A DNA stretch of 64,000 bases from positions 1 through 64,000 of the IMG/VR virus record IMGVR_UViG_3300009678_000059; one strand, written 5' to 3'. The notes beneath the pieces are model-generated. The model had not been told where the DNA came from. It did no database searches and saw only the letters and a program-made list of their open reading frames with translations. This DNA comes from a virus (lineage: Duplodnaviria > Caudoviricetes). Both the position numbers and the translations under genes were made by a program. Shown one piece after another: positions 25,391-35,229 of this stretch (its first letter is position 1; every line of letters begins with the position of its first letter).

Positions 25391-28039
25391 ATGAAAGACT
25401 TATCAAAGGATGTCGAGTACGCAATATCAAACTGTATTGATGTATTGAATTACGATGTAGATATTGTCGGAGTCAAGAGTGAGAAGTTACAATCTGTAAT
25501 GTCCTCCAAGATAGACACGTTTGCTTCTGCCAAAGAATTAATACTTACCTGGGAAAACTCACTGAATGCTCCAAGAGAAACCAAATTAAGGAAATATGTT
25601 CAGGATTTGGTAGACGCAGGAGAGAACGCTATTGAAGTACTTAGGTTTGCATTAAGAAAAGACATTGATCCGAATGAAGTGGATCCTGAGCGCCACGGTA
25701 TCGCTGCAAAGGCAAAACCACTGATTTTTAAGGCAATCAGTGAAATTAACTCAGGAGTTATTCAATTAAGGATGCAACTTGACGCAGGTAAAATTGACTT
25801 AAAAGCAAGGGAGTTTACGAGATCGTTTCCGGAGAAGTTTGCGAATCAGGAATTCTTTCCTGAAAAAGATTATTACAAGGAATGGTATGACGAAGCCACT
25901 GACAGTGTAATGCTTTGCCCTCTAGGAACTAAAGGTGAGATTATAAATCTTAGCGGACTGAACATCATGCTTCCTAAACCTCCGCCGAAAACAAAAATCC
26001 TGTTCCATAAACTGCCAAAGGAAGAACAATACTGGAGACGTACAGAGGTTCCGAAAGGACTGACTGTTGATACGGAAGACCAATTCACGGAATATATTTT
26101 AGAGGAATTCAGAAGACGTAGAGAAGGCGTTTGGTTTTACAATAACGGAGTCCCTGTATGGCTTACTCCTGCGCACTACATGGCGCTACAACACATCAAG
26201 ATGCTTGATACCGGCGAATGTATGGATTTCAGGTTCGCACAAAGGGATATGTTTTATTTTACAAGAGCTTGCGACGTTGACCAAAGATGCTTGGGTGAAT
26301 TTTTCGTAAAGTCAAGACGTACCGGATTTACCTATCAGATTATTTGTGAGTACATCAATGACGGTACAATGATGGGGAATTCAAGATTAGGTATGATTTC
26401 TAAGACAGGGGAAGATGCTCAGGAAAACTTCCTGAAAATGGCCTATGGCATTCAGAATCTACCATTCTTTTTCGTTCCGGTAGTCAAGGGTAAAATTGAC
26501 AGCAAGACGGAAATCGAATTTGCAAAACCATCAGATTCCACCAAAACTTCAAAGAAAAAGAAAGACAACAGTACTGATGATTACCTGAATACTTTGCTGA
26601 ACTGGAAAACAACCACTGAGTCGGCTTATGACGGACTTCGTATGAAGAAACTGTTTGTCGATGAAGCATCAAAACCATTACCGCCTTTTAACTTAGAAAC
26701 GTATTTTGGTAGGGTAGCGCCAACGGTAAATAATGGTGGACGCATAGTCGGGAAGCTGTATTTTGGATCGACGGTTAATCCAATGTCGAAGGGAGGAGAC
26801 AAGTTCTACAAGATGTATTTAGGCTCCATTATATCCAAGCGAGACAAAGACACCAATAAGACGGCAACAGGGCTTTATGCTCACTTCTTAGCAGCTCACC
26901 TGAACATGGAATTGTTTACGGATAAGTACGGAGTATGTCATACAATGGTGTTGCCTGGGGAATCTTTCCTTAATGTTTACGGGGATAAAATCTCACAAGG
27001 CTCCATACAGTACCTTGAAAATATCCGTAGACAGAAAAGAAAGCAATCGCCTATTCTTTACAACGAGGAGTTGAGAGCAAATCCGATGACAGTTGAGGAA
27101 GCATTCAGGGATGAAGCAAAAAGCAGTCTGTTTGATTTGGAGAGGCTAAATGACCAAATCGCCTACAATAATGACATGGAAGTTGAGCAGACTCTTGTCA
27201 GGGGTAATTTTTCATGGAAGGACAACATAAAGGATTCAGAGGTAGTCTGGACTCCTGCGGCACAGGGCAGATTCCTGCTGTCATGGATTCCGCCAAAGGA
27301 ACTTCAGAACAGATGGACAACGAAAGCTAATCCGTTTGGAGGCCAGAGCAGGTATCCTTTGAATGATGATTTAGGAAGTTTGGGAGTCGATAGTTACGAT
27401 ATTGATGCAGTTCAGGATTCACAGCTTACAAATACGGAGAATGGCTCGGAGTACGACTTAGGCTCTAAGGGCGCTATTCACGGAGTAACCGGAATGACGA
27501 TGAAAGACGCACCGAGCAATTACTTCTTTCTGGAATACATTGCAAGGCCACAGTCTGCAGAGATATTCTTTGAGGACGCTTTGATGGCGACGGTATTTTA
27601 CGGTATGCCGATTATGATTGAGAGTAATAAGGCGAGGATTTTATACCACTTTAAGAATCGCGGCTACAGGGGCTTCGTGATTACACGTTTTGACAAACCT
27701 GCTAATAGATTATCGCCAACGGAAAAGATGCTCGGAGGGTTGCCGTCAAACAGTGAGGACGTGATACATATGCACGCAAATGCCATCGAACTATACATCA
27801 ATAAGTATGTAGGTATTTATTCTCAGGGGCAAGATGTTGTAGCTGCCCGTGAAGAAGGTGAAATCGGAAGCATGCCTTTTAATCGTACGCTTCGTGACTT
27901 TTCTAAATTTGATTTACGAAACAGGACAAAGCATGATGCAACCATTAGTGCGGGACTAGCTCTTTTGGGGTGTAACCGTAAGTCTTACACGGTACAGCAA
28001 GTGAGTAAGTCATTAGATTTCAAGATTAGGACGTTTTAA
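25391..28039 (+). CDS. terL: Terminase large subunit with an N-terminal extension (probable fused small subunit)
   Basis: Walker A VKSRRTGFT, Walker B LFVDEASK, RNase H-like LGVDSYD and HDATISAGLAL. Confidence 0.93.
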   Translation: MKDLSKDVEYAISNCIDVLNYDVDIVGVKSEKLQSVMSSKIDTFASAKELILTWENSLNAPRETKLRKYVQDLVDAGENAIEVLRFALRKDIDPNEVDPERHGIAAKAKPLIFKAISEINSGVIQLRMQLDAGKIDLKAREFTRSFPEKFANQEFFPEKDYYKEWYDEATDSVMLCPLGTKGEIINLSGLNIMLPKPPPKTKILFHKLPKEEQYWRRTEVPKGLTVDTEDQFTEYILEEFRRRREGVWFYNNGVPVWLTPAHYMALQHIKMLDTGECMDFRFAQRDMFYFTRACDVDQRCLGEFFVKSRRTGFTYQIICEYINDGTMMGNSRLGMISKTGEDAQENFLKMAYGIQNLPFFFVPVVKGKIDSKTEIEFAKPSDSTKTSKKKKDNSTDDYLNTLLNWKTTTESAYDGLRMKKLFVDEASKPLPPFNLETYFGRVAPTVNNGGRIVGKLYFGSTVNPMSKGGDKFYKMYLGSIISKRDKDTNKTATGLYAHFLAAHLNMELFTDKYGVCHTMVLPGESFLNVYGDKISQGSIQYLENIRRQKRKQSPILYNEELRANPMTVEEAFRDEAKSSLFDLERLNDQIAYNNDMEVEQTLVRGNFSWKDNIKDSEVVWTPAAQGRFLLSWIPPKELQNRWTTKANPFGGQSRYPLNDDLGSLGVDSYDIDAVQDSQLTNTENGSEYDLGSKGAIHGVTGMTMKDAPSNYFFLEYIARPQSAEIFFEDALMATVFYGMPIMIESNKARILYHFKNRGYRGFVITRFDKPANRLSPTEKMLGGLPSNSEDVIHMHANAIELYINKYVGIYSQGQDVVAAREEGEIGSMPFNRTLRDFSKFDLRNRTKHDATISAGLALLGCNRKSYTVQQVSKSLDFKIRTF

Positions 28040-28090
28040 CCATATATAGAAAAATAATATCATAGTGAAAAATATCATAAGAAAAAATTA

Positions 28091-28098
28091 TACTTTTG
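28091..28098 (+). promoter_or_regulatory. -7 promoter element of the portal gene
   Basis: TACTTTTG upstream of ATG 28118. Confidence 0.7.
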
Positions 28099-28117
28099 TT
28101 AAAACAACTGAGCAGTA

Positions 28118-30559
28118 ATGACAGAGAGCGATAACAAGGTTAAAATAAGCGCAAATGTGGCCTATCCGTCACAGTTGGCTCCATACGAGGAAAAGAAACA
28201 GACTGAATGGGGACTACAGTTGGCTAGGTCGATTGAATCTGATTGGTTTTACGGCTTCACCAATGCCGGCGGAGTATTGAATTCAAAGTTCAACACCCAA
28301 CGCCAGGACATGCTTGAAAGAAGACTGTATGCTAAAGGCCTGCAGTCGATGGATAAATACAAGGATAATTTCAAGGCGAATGGCGACAAGTCATTTTTGA
28401 ATTTGTCCACCAAGCCGATTTCGATTATTCCAAAATTAGTTGACATAGTTGTAAACGGAATGGTTGACAGGGGCTATGCTATCAAGGCAACTTCTGTGGA
28501 TCCGACAGGTTACGATAAGAGACTTGCTTTCAGACAGGCTGTTGAGACAGACATGGTTGCCAAGGAATTTATAGACAAGGCGAAGGAAATGTACGGGGTT
28601 GATGTTTCGGCATCGCCTATGCAGGAGCTTCCGGAATCTGAGGAGGAGCTGAATCTTTACATGAACCTTACCTACAAGCAGGAGATTGAGATGGCTCAGG
28701 AACTGGCCATTGACCAGGTGCTTACAGAAAACAGATACAACGATACCACGGATTCCCTGATAAAAAGAGACCTGACAGTTTTGGGGGTTGCATGGGCGAA
28801 ACACAAATTTGTTCCGGAAAGAGGGATTGTTGTGGAGCATGTGAATGCCGAGAACAAGGTGCAGTCGTATTCTGAAGACCCTTATTTCAGGGACTGCTTC
28901 TACCATGGTGAATACAAGACAGTGCCTATAAGCGAAGTTTTGACAGAATTCCAATGGCTGAATGAGCCTAAATACGAAGAACAGAAAAGGCAGGTTACAG
29001 AATCAAGTCAGGCATGGTGGGATTACAACCTTATGGCAGAGAACGACAGGATTAAAGGAACCACGAATCTTTTATACTTCACTTACAAGACCACAAGAAC
29101 CAGAGCAAGTAAGATTAAGGAAAAGAAAACCGGAGAGAAGATTGTTTCGAAGGCATATTCTGAATTCGACGAAAAAGCCCTGAAGAAAGGTCAGAAAAAC
29201 GATTTCAAGAGAGTAGCTGTAGAGGAAGAAATAATCTTTGAAGGAGTTTACGTGCTTGGAACAAACCTGATGCTTAAATGGGAATGTGCCGAGAATATGA
29301 TACGTCCGAAGTCTAACAGACAAAAAGTAATAGACCAATATATAGGAGTGGCCCCAAACAAGGAAAGAGGATATATTGATTCTCCGGTTGCGAGGATGAT
29401 ACCTGTTGAGGACAAGCTGAACATACTTGAGCTTAAGGCAGAGCAGATTATTCAGAAAATCAAGCCCGACGGATTCATCATTGACCCGGACGCTATTGCG
29501 GAACTTGATTTTGGCAAAGGGAATGTGCTGACGGTTCAGAATATGGTTGACATGTTCGAGCAGACGGGTAGTATTTTTGCGAGAAGCTACAATTCAGGCG
29601 GCGATCAGATGTTTTCAAAACCAATCACCGAGCTTAAAACAGGTGACTCACTGGCAAAACTGTCCTCGCTTATACAACTGAAGGCTCAGTACATGGACCA
29701 GATGAGAGACGTGATAGGTCTGAACAAGGTTTCGGACGCTTCGACTCCAGACAAGGAAAGTCTGGTGGGAGTTCAGAAATTAGCCTCGTTAAATTCAAAC
29801 ATAGCCACAAGACATATCCTGAGAGGGGCAAGCGATATTACAAAGAGAATGGCTGAGGCTATCACTTACAGGGTTGCTGACCTTTTGAAGTATTCTGACT
29901 TAAAAGACGATTTCGCTATGAAAATCGGAACACAGTCGGTACAGATACTGGATTCTGTGAAAAATCTTCACCTGCATGATTTCGCCATTCACCTTGACCT
30001 TGAACTTGACGACGAGGAAAGAGCAAAACTAGAAGCGGATTTAACTCTTGAAATACAACGTGGAACGCTCTCTTTCGAGGACAAATATAAAATTCTCGCC
30101 ATAAAGAACTTTAAATACGCCGTAGAGTACGCCTCGATACTTAGGTCCAAGCGAGAGAAAAAGAACCAAGAAATTAAGGCTCAGGAGTACAAGATACAGG
30201 CAGACGAAAACATCAGAGCAGCTACAGCGGCCAATGAGTCCAAGATGCAGACAGAGCAGGCTATAGGTCAGATCAAAATGATGCTTCAGCAGGCTGTGAA
30301 CGAAGGGGAAATCAATAAAGAGCGTGTTCGCGGAGAAGAAGAAAGAAAGACTGTACAGGTAAAAGGTCAGTACGACATCGAGATCGCTCAGATGAACGGC
30401 GGAATTCAGGTTCACAAGCAGAATATGGCTGAGGACAGGAAAGATGACAGAACAAAACTTCAGGCTACTCAGCAATCAGAACTGATTGACCAACGTGCTA
30501 AAGACAAGGGGCCGAAGGATTTTGAGGATGATTTTGACCTTGGAGATTTCGAGATATAA
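28118..30559 (+). CDS. Portal protein
   Basis: 813 aa directly after terL; IIPKLVDIVVNG, E.A....L..N.Y, GLN...D motifs and a coiled-coil C-terminus. Confidence 0.9.
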   Translation: MTESDNKVKISANVAYPSQLAPYEEKKQTEWGLQLARSIESDWFYGFTNAGGVLNSKFNTQRQDMLERRLYAKGLQSMDKYKDNFKANGDKSFLNLSTKPISIIPKLVDIVVNGMVDRGYAIKATSVDPTGYDKRLAFRQAVETDMVAKEFIDKAKEMYGVDVSASPMQELPESEEELNLYMNLTYKQEIEMAQELAIDQVLTENRYNDTTDSLIKRDLTVLGVAWAKHKFVPERGIVVEHVNAENKVQSYSEDPYFRDCFYHGEYKTVPISEVLTEFQWLNEPKYEEQKRQVTESSQAWWDYNLMAENDRIKGTTNLLYFTYKTTRTRASKIKEKKTGEKIVSKAYSEFDEKALKKGQKNDFKRVAVEEEIIFEGVYVLGTNLMLKWECAENMIRPKSNRQKVIDQYIGVAPNKERGYIDSPVARMIPVEDKLNILELKAEQIIQKIKPDGFIIDPDAIAELDFGKGNVLTVQNMVDMFEQTGSIFARSYNSGGDQMFSKPITELKTGDSLAKLSSLIQLKAQYMDQMRDVIGLNKVSDASTPDKESLVGVQKLASLNSNIATRHILRGASDITKRMAEAITYRVADLLKYSDLKDDFAMKIGTQSVQILDSVKNLHLHDFAIHLDLELDDEERAKLEADLTLEIQRGTLSFEDKYKILAIKNFKYAVEYASILRSKREKKNQEIKAQEYKIQADENIRAATAANESKMQTEQAIGQIKMMLQQAVNEGEINKERVRGEEERKTVQVKGQYDIEIAQMNGGIQVHKQNMAEDRKDDRTKLQATQQSELIDQRAKDKGPKDFEDDFDLGDFEI

Positions 30560-30567
30560 ACCAATAT

Positions 30568-30611
30568 GGCCGATATGCCTCTCGACGAAGCACACTTTAT
30601 CGGCCTTTTTC
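30568..30611 (+). terminator. Intrinsic terminator after portal
   Basis: GGCCGATA...TATCGGCC followed by TTTTTC. Confidence 0.75.
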
Positions 30612-30663
30612 TACTTAAATAGACGATTTCTATAAGAAAAACCTTTACGATAGATTTTTTTTA

Positions 30664-30671
30664 TACTTTTG
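30664..30671 (+). promoter_or_regulatory. -7 promoter element of the scaffold/capsid operon
   Basis: TACTTTTG upstream of ATG 30705. Confidence 0.7.
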
Positions 30672-30704
30672 TTGTAATAATGCAATTAAATCTAAATCAA
30701 TAAT

Positions 30705-31121
30705 ATGCCAAACGAAGAACAGATTGGGACTGAGGAAAATTTGGAAACTCAAATTGAGAATCAGGAACCGGTAAAACAATGGGGTGTAGTTCGCGAGGAT
30801 GAGCCATCGAGTTACGCAGGAGAGAAGCTGACGATATTAGGAGAGGATAATCCGGACGATACGGTAATCACTCCGCCTGCAACTAACGAAGAAGTGGTTA
30901 CACCACCTGCATCGACAGAAGAAATAGTTACTCCGCCTGCAACTGAAATTCCTGCGGCAACAACACAAGCGGAAATTGACGACATAGCTGTGTTGAACTA
31001 TTTAAAGGAAAAAGGATTTTCTGCTGAGAAGCTGGAAGACCTGAAACCTAAAGAGTCTATACAACTGGATCCGGAAATGGAAAAGTACCTAGAGTACAAG
31101 AAAGACACCGGAAGAAGTTAA
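30705..31121 (+). CDS. Scaffold protein, N-terminal part (ends at an in-frame TAA)
   Basis: Acidic, with TPPA repeats; same reading frame as 31131..31850. Confidence 0.7.
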   Translation: MPNEEQIGTEENLETQIENQEPVKQWGVVREDEPSSYAGEKLTILGEDNPDDTVITPPATNEEVVTPPASTEEIVTPPATEIPAATTQAEIDDIAVLNYLKEKGFSAEKLEDLKPKESIQLDPEMEKYLEYKKDTGRS

Positions 31122-31130
31122 GCAGACTTC

Positions 31131-31850
31131 ATGGAATTACAAAAGGATTGGACAGCAGTGGATAAAGGAGACATCCTTATGCAGAATCTGCGAAATGAAA
31201 ATCCTACGTTGAACCAAAAACAATTAGAGTTTTTGTTCAACAAAGAATACAGTTTTGACGCCGACCTGGATGATGACAACGAAATCACCATGAAGGAAAT
31301 AAACATAGAGCGTGATTACCAGAGAGGTCTTAGGACATTGGAGAGTCAGAAGGAGCAATACAAAGCAGTCAGAGGTTCTGATGAAGGTATCCCGGAAGAA
31401 TACAAAAATGCCAAGACAGCGATGGACAACATGCTCAAACAGCAGGAGGAAGCAAGGACTACTTATGAGAGTACGATTCAGGACTTTCAGGCAAAAACTG
31501 ATGCGGTATTTACCAACAACTTTGAAGGTTTCGAAGTAAAAGTAGGTGAGGAATCATTCAGAATCAAGCCGGAAGACGTACAGAGTGCAAAAAACACTTT
31601 GTCTGACCTGAACAACTTCAATACGAAGTTCTTTGACCAAACAGGAAAACTGACAGATCCGTCGGGTTATTACAAGGCATTGCATTTTGCTATGAACGCT
31701 GATAAGGTTGCGGAACACTTCATTAATCTGGGTAAATCCATGAGAGCTGAAGAGGAAGACCGCGAATCTAAAAATATCAAAGTTTCAGGGCCTGGCAATA
31801 TCTCAAATAACCTTGGAGCATCGGGCAAATCCTGGAAAGTCGTTAGCTAA
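31131..31850 (+). CDS. Scaffold protein, C-terminal part
   Basis: Helical and acidic, directly upstream of the major capsid gene. Confidence 0.75.
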   Translation: MELQKDWTAVDKGDILMQNLRNENPTLNQKQLEFLFNKEYSFDADLDDDNEITMKEINIERDYQRGLRTLESQKEQYKAVRGSDEGIPEEYKNAKTAMDNMLKQQEEARTTYESTIQDFQAKTDAVFTNNFEGFEVKVGEESFRIKPEDVQSAKNTLSDLNNFNTKFFDQTGKLTDPSGYYKALHFAMNADKVAEHFINLGKSMRAEEEDRESKNIKVSGPGNISNNLGASGKSWKVVS

Positions 31851-31896
31851 ATCTCGCGAAAAGTATTTTTTATAAAACGACAAAAAACAAGAACAC

Positions 31897-33207
31897 ATGG
31901 CTTTACAGGCAGCACCAGGAGTAGTATATACTCCAACAGCAACTAAAACTCCAACACCAACGAACTTTATCGCTGATGCAGAGTACAATTTATTAACTCA
32001 GTACATTCCTGAATTGGAATCTGAAATCACTAAGAGATTCAACGACCAGTCAGTAACAGGTATGTTGGAAGCATTAGGAAAAGAGTCTTCTTTCCAAGCG
32101 GATTTAATCAAATGGAACGAAGAAGGTCGTTTGACTCAACTTGCTACTGCGGTAACTCGTGCTTCAAACGTATTTACTTCTGTGGGTCACACTTTCAGAG
32201 TAGGTGAGACTATCGTTGTAAGAGACGTAGCAGGAGCATCATTGAGACAAGGGCAAATCACTGCTGTAACTGCTGATACATTCACAGCTTTATGCGGACA
32301 CGCTTCAGGATGGACTGCGTCAGGAACAACAGGTATTATCGTTTATGCTGACTCTAACGAATTTGCTAAAGGATCTACAGGTTTCACTGAATCTTTGAAC
32401 TCACAAGTTACTCAGTTCACACAGGCTCCGGTTATCATCAAGGAAATCTTGAAAGAATCTCGTACAAACTTAGCTCTTAGAACTTGGGTTGATACAGGAG
32501 AAGGATTCTTGTGGTACTACAAAAACCTGAATGATACTACAATGCGTTTCAAAAATGCTTGTGAGAGAAAACTTGTTTTAGGTCAAAAATGGGCAGGAGA
32601 TTTAGGTACAGCAGGTGTTAAAGGTACTGAAGGATTATTAGCTGCTGCTTCAGCAGGAAATATCTTTGCAGGACCTGCTTCTGACTTAGATGATTTCGAC
32701 GAAATTGTTGACCGTTTGAATGCACAAGGCGGAATCAGCGAAAACTACATGTACAACACTTCTGCTCACAACAGATTGATTGACCGTATGTTGAAGGCTG
32801 AAAACGTAACAGGTTCTTCTTGGGGTGCTTTTGACAACAAGGAAACAGGATTGAAATTAGGATTTAAAGATTTCAACTACGGAAACTACAACTTCTACAA
32901 ATCAAGCTGGAGATTATTGGATGATCCAATGGGTGAAGGTTCAGGATTAGGAGCTACCAAATATCACGGACTTATGATTCCTTCAGGATCTAAAAAAGTT
33001 TACGATGTTATGAAAGGTGAGGCTGCAACAAACCCATTCTTGCACTTGAAATACAGAAGCTCTGCTGAAGTAAACAGAAAGTACGAAATGGCAATCAGAG
33101 ACTGGAAACAAGGAACTCATACGTCTGACGTTAGAGAAACTGAATTTCTTACAGAAAGAGCTTTGGTTCTTACAGGAAGAAATAACTGTATTGTTTTTCA
33201 AGGATAG
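31897..33207 (+). CDS. Major capsid protein
   Basis: 436 aa after portal and scaffold; strongly biased high-expression codon usage; followed by a terminator. Confidence 0.88.
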   Translation: MALQAAPGVVYTPTATKTPTPTNFIADAEYNLLTQYIPELESEITKRFNDQSVTGMLEALGKESSFQADLIKWNEEGRLTQLATAVTRASNVFTSVGHTFRVGETIVVRDVAGASLRQGQITAVTADTFTALCGHASGWTASGTTGIIVYADSNEFAKGSTGFTESLNSQVTQFTQAPVIIKEILKESRTNLALRTWVDTGEGFLWYYKNLNDTTMRFKNACERKLVLGQKWAGDLGTAGVKGTEGLLAAASAGNIFAGPASDLDDFDEIVDRLNAQGGISENYMYNTSAHNRLIDRMLKAENVTGSSWGAFDNKETGLKLGFKDFNYGNYNFYKSSWRLLDDPMGEGSGLGATKYHGLMIPSGSKKVYDVMKGEAATNPFLHLKYRSSAEVNRKYEMAIRDWKQGTHTSDVRETEFLTERALVLTGRNNCIVFQG

Positions 33208-33238
33208 AACTATTTGTTTTTCAAGTAGTTGTAAAATT

Positions 33239-33267
33239 AAACCCACTCAATTCGAGTGGGTTTTTTT
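33239..33267. terminator. Bidirectional terminator
   Basis: AAACCCACTC-AATTC-GAGTGGGTTTTTTT. Confidence 0.85.
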
Positions 33268-33931
33268 ATATATGCGTCCATGTTTTTCTTTTTAAAATGT
33301 TGCATACAGTTGCTTTTGATACGCCAAATCTTCCAGCTATTTCGCCAAGAGAAATCGAGTATCCTATTTCACGTATATCCAACACCTCGCTTTCAGTAAC
33401 TTTAGAAGCTCCGTTTTTTGATCCACTGGGCGGTTTTCTCAAACCCATTTCCCACGAATGCTGTATATTTTCTTCATTAGTGCACCATTCTAAATTCCAA
33501 TCATTATTATTTGTCTTGTCTCCGTCCTTATGGTTTACTTCGGGTAAATTAAGTGGATTTGGGACAAAAGCCATTGCAACTGCTCTGTGTATTAAAATAA
33601 ACTTATGCTTCTTATTATATTTTATTGAGGTAGCTAGGTATCCGTTTTCGGTCAATTGAGGAACCCTTAATCTATTTGTTGGAAATCCAGCAACCGATAT
33701 TCTTCTAATTCGGCCTGTATTGCTAGTTACAAAAGTATCCTCCATTCCTACACTTGGAAGCCAAATCTCTCCTGGTAAATCAGCGATTCCAACCACCCCT
33801 TTCCTCGTAGTATTTCTTTCTACGTCGCACTTTTTGCAAGCGGCTATTCTTTTATCTGAGCCTCTCCTTCTGAAATGAAACAAGAATAAAGGTTTCTCAA
33901 CACCACACTTTGTGCAGATTTTCGTTTCCAT
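33266..33931 (-). CDS. Zn-ribbon-HNH homing endonuclease
   Basis: Paralog of 24577..25236; IHRAVAMAFVPNPLNLPEVNHKDGDKTNN..NLEWCT. Confidence 0.92.
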   Translation of the reverse strand: METKICTKCGVEKPLFLFHFRRRGSDKRIAACKKCDVERNTTRKGVVGIADLPGEIWLPSVGMEDTFVTSNTGRIRRISVAGFPTNRLRVPQLTENGYLATSIKYNKKHKFILIHRAVAMAFVPNPLNLPEVNHKDGDKTNNNDWNLEWCTNEENIQHSWEMGLRKPPSGSKNGASKVTESEVLDIREIGYSISLGEIAGRFGVSKATVCNILKRKTWTHI

Positions 33932-33934
33932 ATT

Positions 33935-34078
33935 TTACGAATTCAAGGCTTTTGCGATTTCGTTGTACGCATTCATTTGCTCAATATATTCTTCATCTTT
34001 TACTTTTCCTTCCCTACGAGCGATTATTAAATCTCTAATAGCTACTCTAATTGTTTCGATTACTTCTTCTTTGTTCAT
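33935..34078 (-). CDS. Small hypothetical protein (47 aa)
   Basis: Hand-translated MNKEEVIETIRVAIRDLIIARREGKVKDEEYIEQMNAYNEIAKALNS. Confidence 0.55.
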   Translation of the reverse strand: MNKEEVIETIRVAIRDLIIARREGKVKDEEYIEQMNAYNEIAKALNS

Positions 34079-34093
34079 GGTTTTCTGTTTTTA

Positions 34094-34483
34094 TTAAATT
34101 CCTATTTGTTTTTTTGCTGATTCGGTTAGGGTTATGCCTGTACCTACTAAATCTTCAATCTTATAACAGCCTTTTAGTATTTTCCAATCCTCAAATCTAA
34201 CAGTCCAAACTGCCCAATCCTCAAACAAAACCTTTTCTTTGGCTTGTTGATAAATCGGTTGTTCTTTTTCCCATCTATCCCATTCCTCATCTGTTGCAGG
34301 AGATAATGGTTTACCTAACAAAACATTTCCCTCATCATCTACGCAAACAAACATTTCAAGTTTTAACGGCTTTTTTAGGAATAATGCGTAGTTTATTATG
34401 TTGATTGAAAAAGCGTTTGCTTCTCCTTTGCATTTTAGCCTTTGCTCTAAAACAAAATCGGTCATTGATATTAATTTATTCAT
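34094..34483 (-). CDS. Hypothetical protein of a recurrent Flavobacteria phage family
   Basis: KLISMTDFVLEQ...NYALFLKKPLKLEMFV...Y.QAKEKVLFE pattern. Confidence 0.75.
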   Translation of the reverse strand: MNKLISMTDFVLEQRLKCKGEANAFSINIINYALFLKKPLKLEMFVCVDDEGNVLLGKPLSPATDEEWDRWEKEQPIYQQAKEKVLFEDWAVWTVRFEDWKILKGCYKIEDLVGTGITLTESAKKQIGI

Positions 34484-34727
34484 CTCTCAGTAGTTTTTGC
34501 AGTTCTCGTCTCCTATCAACTAATTTCTCATCGTTATTACCGCATAGTTGCAGCTCATATAGTTTTCCTTCGATTTGGTCAAGTTCCTGTTGTAGTTTTT
34601 CTTTCATATATTTTTCTTTCATGTTTGGTTTATATTCTTTGATACATTTTAGACAGTAGGCGAATATTCCGTTCTCGCTGTTTTTTAATGATGGTTTTGG
34701 GATTTTGCAGGCGCAGGTTTCTTTCAT
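34476..34727 (-). CDS. Hypothetical protein with Zn-finger-like Cys residues
   Basis: CxC...CxxC plus coiled coil. Confidence 0.6.
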   Translation of the reverse strand: MKETCACKIPKPSLKNSENGIFAYCLKCIKEYKPNMKEKYMKEKLQQELDQIEGKLYELQLCGNNDEKLVDRRRELQKLLRDE

Positions 34728-34750
34728 GGCTCTTTCTCGATTGTATTTGG

Positions 34751-34999
34751 TTAATAGTTATTTATATCGAATGTGATGTCTCGGCCTTTCCAACTTTCAT
34801 CGACTTCTGCGGTTGAAGCCCAAATTAAATCCGGATAAGTTGATTCAAATACTCTTACTGCGACGCTTCTGTTTTGCTCTTTGGTTTCTATTATTTTATA
34901 GCCTAATAAATCTCCATTATGGCGTGTGTACAATACTTTGTAGTAGTATCGCTTAGACAGTTTTGCTACCCATTGACTGAATGTTAGTTTTGGTTCCAT
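34751..34999 (-). CDS. Hypothetical protein
   Basis: 82-aa ORF coupled to the upstream ORF. Confidence 0.65.
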   Translation of the reverse strand: MEPKLTFSQWVAKLSKRYYYKVLYTRHNGDLLGYKIIETKEQNRSVAVRVFESTYPDLIWASTAEVDESWKGRDITFDINNY

Positions 35000-35229
35000 T
35001 ATTTTTCTCTGATTATTTCAGCGTTAAAATACATGGCTAAATTCTCAACTTCCTGATTGAAGTCTGCTTCGTTTCTCCTTGTGTTACATAAGACAATAGT
35101 TCGTTCTTCACCCGACTTCCTTATTAAGCAATAAGCGAGAGCGTCTTTATCGTAGCTGTCTACGCCTATGAAGAATTCTTCTTTTATTTGCCCTAGTCCT
35201 GATTTGTCGATGTCAAATATTGTTTTCAT
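34999..35229 (-). CDS. Hypothetical protein, first gene behind leader copy 3
   Basis: Start moved to ATG 35229 because the upstream in-frame ATG lies inside the leader hairpin. Confidence 0.65.
   Translation of the reverse strand: MKTIFDIDKSGLGQIKEEFFIGVDSYDKDALAYCLIRKSGEERTIVLCNTRRNEADFNQEVENLAMYFNAEIIREK

Noticed and set aside
30540-30611. Possible sixth kissing-loop leader (CTCTCGAC in the hairpin; TTCGAGA upstream)
   Set aside because: Only 6 of 7 bases pair, there is no P1 stem or promoter, and no ATG follows; treated as a plain terminator.
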